Of a stretch of 64,000 bases of DNA, positions 34,998-45,808 are shown piece by piece. This DNA is from Octopus sinensis. Its lineage: Eukaryota. The position numbers and the translations under genes are program-made. Every line of letters begins with the position of its first letter. The first letter of the stretch is position 1. The stretch lies in contig NC_042998.1 of NCBI RefSeq assembly GCF_006345805.1, forward strand, positions 174,406,001-174,470,000, written 5' to 3'. The notes beneath the pieces are model-generated. The model had not been told where the DNA came from and made no database searches. It worked only from the letters and a program-made list of their open reading frames with translations.

Positions 34998-36165
34998 ATA
35001 TGTTTCTTTATTAGCCACACAGGGCTGCACACAGACGGGACAAATTACGAAGTAGAGCTTTTCTTTTTCGGGAGAAAAAAAAGTGGGGTAGATTTTCGAT
35101 CAAAAGGGATCGTAAAAAGGAAAGGAAAAAAATGATCAATAGGGATCGTGTATTACAGAAATGTGATGATGTAAAGTGTAAAGGGGGAAGCAGATGAGGT
35201 TTATCAGTGGGAAGGAAAGCCTACGGAAAAGACCACGGTAACCTCGGTCAATAATGTCACATGTTAACACATTTATTTGCAAGTAAGTAACCCTCTGTTT
35301 TAAATTTTCCGGGTTCATAGGATTATGCTCAAGGTGGCTTCGTCATTCATATGTGCCATCCTTGCTACATTCACCCATCTTTTTTTAAACATTCGCTAGA
35401 CAAAACTTGCCTCTCTACTCTCACTTTCCTTTTCAAGTGATACTTGAAGAAGTTGATGAGAGATTGACCAGAGAGGAAAGTATTTGTCTCCAATCCTTTC
35501 AGACGAGTCCACCAGATACATTCTTTCGCCATAGCCACAGGTATAATGAAAATAGCTCTTCCTTCCTGTTTGAAGGAAGGAGTTGTGACGATATTGACGA
35601 TAGACTCAGCTGATAAACCGACTCGTCCCACATATGACAGCAGTCGTTCGACATAATCCCACAGGTCGGAAATGGTTGAACACTGTACGAGTGCAGAACG
35701 GTTTCGTCGCTCTGACCGCATCTCGGGCAGGTCGGCCCCGTGTTTCACGAGCCGTGTCTGTAGAGCTTATCCCGAACGGGTAGCGCTTCTCGGTAGCACT
35801 GCCAAGCCAGGGATCTCTGGTAGTTGTCCATGGGTCCTGGCCTGAAAGACGTCTTGAACAGGCGGGTCAGATATTCCTCGTCGACGTCCAGGTTCGCCCC
35901 GAGATCGTCATCGTACCTCCCCTCCACTAATCCCCTATAGAATGCTTTGGTTGTGTTGAAGTCGCTCAAGGTCGACCCGGGATGGCATATTTGCTTGAGA
36001 GCAACGCGACACTCGCGGTGCCATTCGCCCTTCCTCGGCCTCTTTTTGATCCACGACTGCAGTTCGGTCATGAAGACGAGTTGCGGGAAAGCGTGCCTCA
36101 CAAATGGCGACCACACCTGTTCACCGTCGTCTACGTAGAGCCGGGCGCCTCGACTATTCATGTTC
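34998..36165 (-). mobile_element. L1/Tx1-like LINE 3' fragment with intact 3' end
   Basis: LAWQCYREALPVRDKLYRHG (RT-associated zinc-binding region), DLWDYVERLL, KECIWWTRLKG; the 3' UTR ends ...gtggctaataaagaaac. Confidence 0.82.
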
Positions 36166-36649
36166 TTGTTACTATAACCAGTTAACTGTACACAGTCTCC
36201 ATCTGGGTCAACTCGACCATTGATCTTTCTTCTTTTCTATCTTCCTTACTTGCAATAAAATTTTACCTACTTCTTGCTTTCCAGAAATGCCTAACTCAGG
36301 AAATTCCTAATTACAGAAGATTAACGCAATGACCTACAAAAGTTCAGCCTGCCAACAATCGTACCAACTTTAACCACATATAACAACACCAGTACTTGTT
36401 TCAGTATAGTATTTATTTTATCAGCCACTATTTCTCTAACCGCTAATAACGAGGCGTAAATATACACAATACAAACATCAACATCGGCTTTAGAGTGAGT
36501 CGTGTAGCTATAAATACACACATTACATATACTAATATAAGAGTGCTTACAAAAGCATGAACCCTGTTCCCATGACTAACGTATTAATGTGTGTCATATT
36601 TGAGCTTTGTTAGAAACTAATCAGGTTTATGGTATATTTATATATATAT

Positions 36650-36813
36650 TCGACGGATTTCTGCAGTTTCAAACAACCAAATTCCACTCTCAAACCATGG
36701 ATCATTACATTAGAGTTGAAGAAACTAACCCAAGGTGGCACGCTGTACGTTAGAACCTAGTATCACCTGTTTGCAAGACGAACTCCATAATCAGAAGACC
36801 ATGCCTGCGCCTA
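36650..36813 (-). mobile_element. Degenerate family O SINE
   Basis: cgacggatttctgcagtttc...cccaaggtggcac...cctgcgccta. Confidence 0.65.
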
Positions 36814-37204
36814 CGTATTAAATTTGCTGACATTTGCAAAAGCTTTATTTTGAATGATCTATATAAATGCGTTAAGAATAATGGACAAGAGATCTCTGTG
36901 CTATGGTTATGGCATTAGGAAACACGTGTTGTTTCTGAGATAATGACAGGATTTATGTCAATAATCTGATAAAAATAGCTAGATTTAGATAGGCTCCATT
37001 CCGATTAGAGCTCAAGAGTTTAAACTAACAAACTGCAAGTCGATTAAACAATCTTATTAATACCATATTAAGAAGTCATTGCTCTCGTTGGTATCTAGTT
37101 TACAAGCGAGATTGCTTGCTGAAAATATCTCTTACGTCATAATTCTGAGGGAAATGAGAAATTGTAAAGTTTATAGCACTCTCCAATTGCGTCAGATGTT
37201 AATA

Positions 37205-37589
37205 TCTTTATATATAAAAGAAAGGTTGTGTGTCTGTCTACTCCGATTTAGATTCCTAACTACTTCCTCATTTTGCGATACAGTTTAACCAAAACCGGGT
37301 ATCTTATAGTCGTGATTCATATCGAGCCCTTCTGAGTATTAGCGCGTCAAAGATGAGTCTACGATTTTTAAAATAATTTACCATCATTTTTTTCCATTTT
37401 AATGCATATTTTTTTAATAAAGGGAACTCTCTAAAAATGTCTACGATGAGTCAACGATTTTTAAAAAAAATTACCATAATTTTTTTTCCATTTTTAATGC
37501 ATTCTTTGCTATTTTTGGCTATAACTCTCTAAAAATGCTTTATAGTTATTTCCCTTACAAACCCGAGCAACGCCGGGCGATACTGCTAG
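37205..37589 (+). mobile_element. Non-autonomous Helitron-like element
   Basis: Starts TC after an A, ends with GC hairpin cccgagcaacgccggg plus CTAG before a T; no TSD. Confidence 0.75.
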
Positions 37590-38576
37590 TATATTATATA
37601 TATAAACTATCTTCAAATTCCATCCTGAAGGTAGGCTCGTGTGTGTATTCATCATAGTATTGGTGGTTTTTGAAGCTTTCGCTTTCATCTTTGGCAAGTG
37701 TTATTTTTACCCTTCTTTTATTCAAATATTTCATATTATACCTATTTAGGTAGAAGTCTTGCTAGCCACCTCATTATTACTGTTTTTAATAGTAATAATG
37801 CTTATATGTGTGTGTGTGTGTGTGTGTGAGTGTGTGTGTGTGTGTGAAGCAATATAAATTAGAATTCCACAACTAGGTACAATATCCTCAGCGCTTTAAT
37901 ATCGAATGTGTTCTTTTTAGATCGATATGGCATAGTTTGTAGAAGATATGACAACTGTTTCTTACAAGTCAGCTGACCACTTACAGGATCCCTCTTTAAT
38001 TCGAGCTACTCTACTTCTTTCTAAAAAAAAGAAGGATATATCGTTTATGTCATCATCGTCTTAGAAGCAGGATTCAAAAACTGATATTAACAAGACTACT
38101 AGACTTGAAAATTATGGTATATTTTGCCAAACCAGCGATTTACATTCTAGTTATTTGTAGACTTATAAAAGAATTGAGTTTCGGTATACCTGGTGAGAGG
38201 GATCACAAGATCTGGAGTTTATTTTCCAGAGTATTTGGCTCTGTAGAAATCAAACAAATGGTTACTGAGTTGAGAGCGACGCGCAAGTTCATATCAGAAA
38301 ATGTTGGAAATGATTCTCATGTTTCTTATACAAGCATACTTCTTTTATAAGCTTACCCAGAGGAAGAAAGATTGCATCCACGACTTTTCAAGGTGATTGT
38401 GATTAGTGAGAGAAAAGAAATGTATCCTAAGGTAAGAGACTTTGTCCTAATTCATGCACAAGAGTAGACCCTACAAAAAGCGATCGGGATCTAGAACTTG
38501 ATGCTAAACCAGATAACAAGTTAAGTGATTAAGTGTATCACCCTATTTGCTTTGTATTAAGAAATAATGTTTTGAT

Positions 38577-38644
<68 letters not shown>

Positions 38645-39181
38645 CCTATAGCAAAAGAACTTGACAAGCTTATCAAAGTTTCGAAATGTTTCTAAGAATT
38701 TTATAATTTTTGTTTCCTTTGTGTGTAGTTGCATATGAATAAGCAATAATCCTATTAAAAGATAAATAAATAAAAATCCTCTAAATTATAAAATGTAAAA
38801 CTGGCGGCTTACTTTTTGAAATCCTTCCAATTTAAACAAAAAGCATTATAAATTCTTGAATATAGAAAAACGCCCAATCAGAGATATAACATATGCTGTC
38901 AGCGACATTTTGAATGAATACTGAATATATTAGTTTTCCTTATTTTCTACATTTTTCTATAATATTTTTACGACAGATTAAATTAAGTTGCAAATTTTAA
39001 TAACAAGTTTTAAACTTTTGCATTCTGAGAATATTTTCATCACGCTATAAAAAAAAACATCCTTAACAACAAAAGCTAAATAGAATAAGTTTGGGGAAAG
39101 CATGGCTGTTTATAGATTCAATGGAGAGAACAGCATATTTGTAGCTAAGATAATGGTTTCAAATTTTGGTATAAAGCTAGC

Positions 39182-39760
39182 AATCACAGAACTTGAGGCG
39201 ATCCAACGAAGCTACACGAAGAAGATAGCCTCTGTGCAGCATATAAGCTATTGGGAAATACTCAAGAGATTAAGACTCTATTCCTTAGAGCGTAGGCGAG
39301 AAAGATATGCCATAATATACACCTGGAAGATCCTGGAAGGACTTGTCCCAAACTTTGGCATCGAGAGTTACACAAATACTAGAACTGGGCGCCACTGCAT
39401 AGTGCCAAGGACTCCAAATTTGCCATCAAGATGTAGGACAAGATACTGTGATAGCCTGAGCTTCAGAGGTCCACAGCTCTTCAATATCCTCCCGAAGGAC
39501 CTGAGAGACCTGCATGGGGTGGATGCAGATATCTTTAAAATAAAACTGGATCTCTTCCTGTCAGGTGTCCCAGATGAACCAACTTCACGGCAGGAGGTGC
39601 AGATGAGGGCAGCTGCATCGAACTCTCTCATGCACCAAATGGCAATTGCTAAAAAGCATTCGTGAAGTAAAATCATGTAGCAACACCGAATGGCGGTGCC
39701 CCAGCATGGCCACAGCTCGTGAGCTGAAACTAGATAAAATATAAATAAAATATAAAAAAA
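39182..39760 (+). mobile_element. CR1/L2-type LINE 3' fragment
   Basis: ELEAIQRSYTKKI..SYWEILKRLRLYSLERRRERYAIIYTWKIL; the 3' UTR has ggcggtgccccagcatggcc and an A-rich tail. Confidence 0.88.
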
Positions 39761-39784
39761 TATATAAATCTCAGATGTGGACAA

Positions 39785-40122
39785 AGTCAATTATATAGAC
39801 TTCAAGTCTAATTGGTATTTATTTTATCGTACCCGAAAGATGAAAGGCAAAGTCGACCTCGGCTGAATTTTAACACAGAACTTAGAGCCGGAAGAAATGC
39901 CACTAAGCATTTTGTCCGACGCGCTAACAATTCTGCCTGTTTACTGTTTTATTAGTAGCTAAGCATATTCTAATTTTGGCACAAGACCAGCAATTTTATG
40001 GGAGTTGTAGGTTGATTACATATTTTATCGAATCCAGCGGAATTTTAAGCAGAACGTAAAGAGCCGGAAGAAATACTGGTAAGCATTTTGTCTGACAAGC
40101 TAATGATCTAATGATTCTGCCG
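39785..40122 (-). mobile_element. Two degenerate family M SINE fragments
   Basis: gaaaggcaaagtcgacctcggc...ctaagcattttgtccgac, repeated with a deletion. Confidence 0.7.
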
Positions 40123-41605
40123 TGGCACACTTTATTTGTAGCTAAAATAACAGGAACGAAGAATGAATGTTTGAAATGACTATTTTAATAGCGAGATTAT
40201 TCTTAGTGCTAACAACAAATCCAGAACATATACTTTTGATGCATTAGATTGGAACTTAATATTGTATACAATATACATCAATAATCTTGATATCTATTAA
40301 AATTCATCGCGTAACAATCGTTGCAGCTTACATTAAAGAAAAATGTTGAATCTATTGAGGGTCATTAGAAACGCTATGGTAAACAATTAATACAGGAGTA
40401 CACACAGCTAGTTCTAAATCAAAACTGCTACACACCACTGTGGAATATATAATCAATACATCAGCAAAATTTCTCTCAGGGAAATTTGTTAATTTTCCAA
40501 CAGTTTGATGCCAACGTAGCAGTATTAATGAACATGAAATCAAAATTTGGTGACTGTACAGAACAGCTATAACGTTAAGCCAAAGCACCAACACTTCAAT
40601 TTTTACCGGAAAAAGAAAAAAAATTTCTCCTTACCCTGTTTTGCAAAAGAGATCTCTAAATGTATCAGCAAAAGTTCATTATTTTGTAACAATTTTAATT
40701 TGTAACAAATGATAATTATAAAATTTCAGAAAAATTTCGATAATCTAATGTTTGCCGAGATCTCAGCTTGCCAGTAGTTATATATTTAATTACGTTAGCT
40801 GATGAAAAGCAAATAGAAAAGTTTGAGAAATCAGAGAATTCACTGCTGGAGGTCTTTGTTTATGTTTTTTTTTATATAATTTTTGTTTATTTTTTGTTTT
40901 GATATTTTTTTTTGTCATTTATAATAATACTACTGACTTCACACACTGACTCAAAAGCGATATTTTGCATAGCGTTGATTAAATTTACTCCAGTGAATGA
41001 GTGGTATTGCTTTCTTCTATCCATGGATAAAAAAAAAATAGTAAAACTCAGAACATGGAACGTGAAAAAAGGAGAGACGAAATTAAATACTGTAACACGA
41101 TGGTATCAAAGTTTTCTACTGCTTTTGTCAGTCACCACCCTTATAATACAAATTATTTCGAGTATATTTTGGGAAGGATATTGATGCTAATATCGATCCC
41201 AATAATATTTTACCGGCCCTGGAAAATGAAAGTAAAGCCTATTTCAGGGCAATTTGAGTGTAGAACTTCAAAAAGCGTTTCTAAATACTGCAACACATTT
41301 AAGCTGCCCGCTACCGATTCTGCCACTCACAGCTATTTTTAATAATAAATAAATATAACATAAGCACAAGGGAACCCATTCTGAGGGATATAGTTTGTTT
41401 TTATCGTACTTGGGTGGTTCTTCTTTCACAGATTCCAAATGGATGGAAAGTAACTAGATTTTCCGCGGAATTTAAATTCAGAATCTAGAGGGACATACGT
41501 GGGTATTGCAATCTGTTACGTTATCGTTTCTGACATAAACCCTATAGTAACTGAATATTTATGTTGTTTCATAATTATTCTTTTGATAATAATATTTATT
41601 ACTTC

Positions 41606-42376
41606 TAAGACGATGAGCTAGTAGAATCGTTAGCACGCCGGGCGAAATGCTTAGCGCTATTTCGTCTGCCGTTACGTTCTGAGTTCAAATTCCGCCGAGG
41701 TCGACTTTGGTACTTATTTAATCGACCCCTAAAGGAAGAAAGGCAGTTACACACTGGGGTCCTTGTTTGTCCTCTCTGTGTTTAGCCGCTTGTGTATAGT
41801 AAAGAAATAGGTATTTCGTCTGCCGCTACGTTCTGAGTTCAAATTCTGCCGAGGTCGACTTTGCCTTTCATCCTTTCGGGGTCGATTAAATAAGTACCAG
41901 TTACGCACTGGAGTCAGTATAATCGACTTAATTCGTTTGTCTGTCCTTGTTTGTCCTCTCTGTGTTTAGCCCCTTGTGAGCAGTAAAGAAATAGGTATTT
42001 CGTCTGCCGCTACGTTCTGAGTTCAAATTCCGCCGAGGTCGACTTTGATACTTATTTAATCGACCCCGAAAGGAAGAAAGGCAGTTACACACTGGGGTCC
42101 TTGTTTGTCCTCTCTGTGTTTAGCCGCTTGTGGGTAGTAAAGAAATAGGTATTTCGTCTGCCGCTACGTTCTGAGTTCAAATTCTGCCGAGGTCGACTTT
42201 GCCTTTCATCCTTTCGGGGTCGATTAAATAGGTACCAGTTACACACTGGGATCGATATAATCGACTTAATCCGTTTGTCTGTTCTTGTTTGTCCTCTCTG
42301 TGTTTAGCCCCTTGTGGGTAGTTAAGAAATAGGTATCTCGTCTGTCTTTACGTTCTGAGTTCAAATTCCGCCGATG
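41606..42376 (+). mobile_element. Tandem array of family M SINE units with 338-bp dimer periodicity
   Basis: Units restart at 41810, 41994, 42148 and 42332; units 1 and 3 share a 36-bp inversion. Confidence 0.92.
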
Positions 42377-42450
42377 TAAACACTAGGAATAATTAGATTT
42401 TTGGGGGGCCCAGTATTACTAATTGTGATTTTCTACTAAATGCAGCGATC

Positions 42451-42483
<33 letters not shown>

Positions 42484-42600
42484 GGAGGAGGAGGAGTAGG
42501 ATGAAGATGGTGATGATGATGATGATGTGATGATGATGATGATGATGATGACGATGACGATGACGATGATGACGATGATGATGACGATGATGACGACGAT

Positions 42601-42632
<32 letters not shown>

Positions 42633-42640
42633 CGACGACA
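42451..42640. repeat. (GAT/GAG/GAC)n microsatellite
   Basis: Direct reading. Confidence 0.95.
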
Positions 42641-43529
42641 TAAGCATGCATGCAGAAACAAGCTAAATTTATACCACAGCAAGCAGTCTTTGAAAGAAAA
42701 TACCGTAGGTTCTCACACGTGTGATATGATGAGTGGAAAAACTTGGTTCACATGAGATTAAGCAAACAATTAGAAAACAAAAATTCCCTCTTGTTGTTTA
42801 AATACCAGAGTAAATGAGGGATGCTATAAGTAAAGGAGAGAGAGAAAAAAATCATTGCAAAATATCTCTGCCAACTGACACAAAAGTCAATTGATTTTCT
42901 TTGCGTTCACCTCCTAGCTATTGACAGTGCGTAGTTAAATAAAGAATTTATTGATACAGAACATAGACACGACCAGTTTATTTTAGGAGCAACTATGGAA
43001 GCCTCTTGGCCTGCTAGAAATAGCAAATATATCTGCCTCAAATCATATGCCACCATCTTAAAAAAGGATGCATTGCATAAGTGTTACTAGATTCAGTGTC
43101 TGAAAAAATACTTTACGTAGCGAATTAAGGCACTTAAAATAGATTGCTTAAGCTAATATTTCTAGTGCATGGCCAATATGATAAGCAAATGCAACATTAC
43201 CGATGAAGAAACGAATCGGGGCATGGCTGGGTGGCTAAATTGTTCATTTCACAATCACACGGTTTCAAGTTTGATCTCATTGCACTGAACCTTGGAAACT
43301 AGTCTTCCACACAGCGTAGTGAGAGAGAATGGGTAAGCAAAAACTCCACAGAAACGTCTTGGATTATACATGTTCTCATGTGGTAGAGCTCCCACTTTGG
43401 CACCACCTCATGGCACTTGGATGTCTTCACCAAAATGTACTGTGTCGTAAGTATTTAAACATTGTCAGTCTGAGGGAAATCAATATTTTAATTCACTTCT
43501 TCCTATTAAGGTGACCATGAGTTGTAATA

Positions 43530-43977
43530 TTTTTGCCATGAACCGCTAAGTTTTTTTTATAGCGGTGTCGTATGAAATTGTCACCCATAATTATAACCCT
43601 AGTATCGATCTATTGCATTTCAATCTATTTTAGATTTAGGGTTAGAGTTAGGGTTAGTTAGGGTTATGGTTAGGGTTAAGGGTGGGGGAAGAGTATATTT
43701 TTTCTTCACAAATTTAAATAAACCCAATCTGTTTCTTAAAAGAGGGACATATTCATTATGCACAGAATGTTATTTACCCAAATGGACGCCAGTGATTGGT
43801 TAAAATTGCCGAAATGCAAAAAATTTTAGACGAAATATGTTACAACCTATAGAATTTTCTCAATAAAGCCAAGAGAAAATGATGTTTTATGAACACATTC
43901 TACCAGTATACGAAGTTTAAAAATTTTAGTTACCTAGAAATTATGTTACAAACTGCCGTTCAAAAGGAAAAGATCCG
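43530..43977. mobile_element. MITE-like repeat with internal TTAGGG-like run
   Basis: Right end aaactgccgttcaaaaggaaaagatcc and degenerate left end ttgccatgaaccgctaagtttt look like imperfect TIRs; imperfect (TTAGGG)n at 43635-43682. Confidence 0.5.
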
Positions 43978-44154
43978 AGTTAAGTGACTGATCGTCATTC
44001 TACGGTTGATGCTTTGATCTATAAGATAAAATTATTTTAACTTCAATATCAAGATTTATTGTCTTAAAACCTACATGAGCTAGCAAGCGAAAGCTATGAG
44101 TTCGGTCTATTTACACATTGTGACAAGCTTAAATGAACTCAGCCCAAAACAATC

Positions 44155-44352
44155 CTTTCTACTATAGGCATGATGCCTGAAATTTGAGGGGATGAGACTA
44201 ACTGATTACACTGAACCCAGTACGTAACTGGTACTTAATTTATTGACCCCGAAGAGATGAACGGCAAAGTTGACCTCGGCGGAATTTGAATTCGGACGAA
44301 ATACCGCTAAACATTTCGCCAATGTGCAAACGATTCTGCCAGCTAGCTGCCT
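44155..44352 (-). mobile_element. SINE family M (type-1 tail)
   Basis: Homology to the other copies. Confidence 0.85.
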
Positions 44353-44693
44353 CCAATTCAAAGCAATCACTCGGTCGATAGTACCTTCAAATCATGACGT
44401 GTGAGGAAGCAAACAGACCATAGAATTATTACATATTTCCATATATCATGACATTTATTACATTATATGAACTGCATAATATTGTATGAGATATAGAATA
44501 AGAATATTGTCCGTTTACAGAAACAACTGTAATGTTAATTTGCGCGCGGAAAACCCTACTTTTTACCGTCGTGGGAAATAGACTATTTTCTTTTGTCATT
44601 ACACGGTGATCGCTTATAAGTTTTAAGCTTATAAAATATTGCGTTATTGTTTACAGAATTGTAAAAACCGACACTGCTCACCATAATACCATC

Positions 44694-44979
44694 GCACGGA
44701 CTCGCGGACTCGTGGTCGTAGGATCGCGGTTTCGATTCTCAGACCGGGCGTTGTGAGTGTTTATTGAGCGAAAACACCTAAAGTTCCACGAGGCTCCGGC
44801 GGGGGTGGTGGCGGTCCCTGCTGTACTCTTTCACCACAACTTTCTTTCACTCTTTCTTCTATTGGCCTACTCGCTTAGCCAGCGGGGTGTCGTCATTAGA
44901 AGGCTAAAACAATGCCAAGCGCATTGTGACCAGCGATGTGTAGCAACATCTGATAGCCTGGTCGGTCATGGTGATCACG

Positions 44980-44983
<4 letters not shown>
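44694..44983 (+). mobile_element. tRNA-derived SINE (head A + tail X)
   Basis: Head ggtcgtaggatcgcggtttcgattctcagaccgggcg is shared with the 50352-50710 copy; the 3' part differs. Confidence 0.75.
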
Positions 44984-45023
<40 letters not shown>

Positions 45024-45499
45024 GTATGTATGTATGTACGTATGTTTGGTGATGCAATCAGGAAAAACAACTCAAAATATGAGTATATGTATATTTTTAT
45101 ATCAATATTTAACAGAAGCAGCAGAAGGATTCAAAGGCCGAGAGTTCCGTGCGTTGATATGTCCCAACGCACGGAGCTAAATACTAATAAAAAACATAGG
45201 TATCATTTAATGTACACTGTACTAAAATAAGAGCTGCTTATAGTTTCTTACCTTTGAGACAAGTAGTTAGGCAGATTTTTATAACGCTAAGCAATCTGCA
45301 GGGTGCCGCTAAGCAATCTGCAGGGTCTGAGCATGTGGTTTGTTCAAGAATAATTTGCCTAACCACGACGTGTCTCAATGACAAGGAACCATTAGTAGCT
45401 CTTATTTTAATACAGTGTTCCTCGAATGATATTTATCCCTCACTGGATGGAATATCTTTTGTTGATACTCCCTTAACGGAAGAGTAAACTACATAAATA

Positions 45500-45513
45500 T
45501 GAATGTATGTATG

Positions 45514-45549
<36 letters not shown>

Positions 45550-45684
45550 GTGTGTGTGTGTGTGTGTAAACGTAAAAAAATATACAAACTGGGACAAGAA
45601 CGTGAAACATTTAGAAGACGACACAAAAAACAGGGACGGGACATTCGAAGCCCTTAATCATCAGTCAAGAACCGGATTTCGGCT

Positions 45685-45717
<33 letters not shown>

Positions 45718-45808
45718 TGTGTGTGTGTCTGTGTGTGTGTGTGTGTGTGTGAGTGTGTGTGTGTGTGGTGTGTGTGTGTGTGTGTGTGTGAGTGTGTGTG
45801 TGTGTGTA
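45500..45808. repeat. (TA)n/(TG)n microsatellites
   Basis: Direct reading. Confidence 0.9.

Noticed and set aside
28207-42376. CRISPR-like appearance of the SINE arrays and the 28-bp minisatellite
   Set aside because: Eukaryotic context, no unique spacers, no cas genes; the units are SINE homologues or plain tandem repeats.
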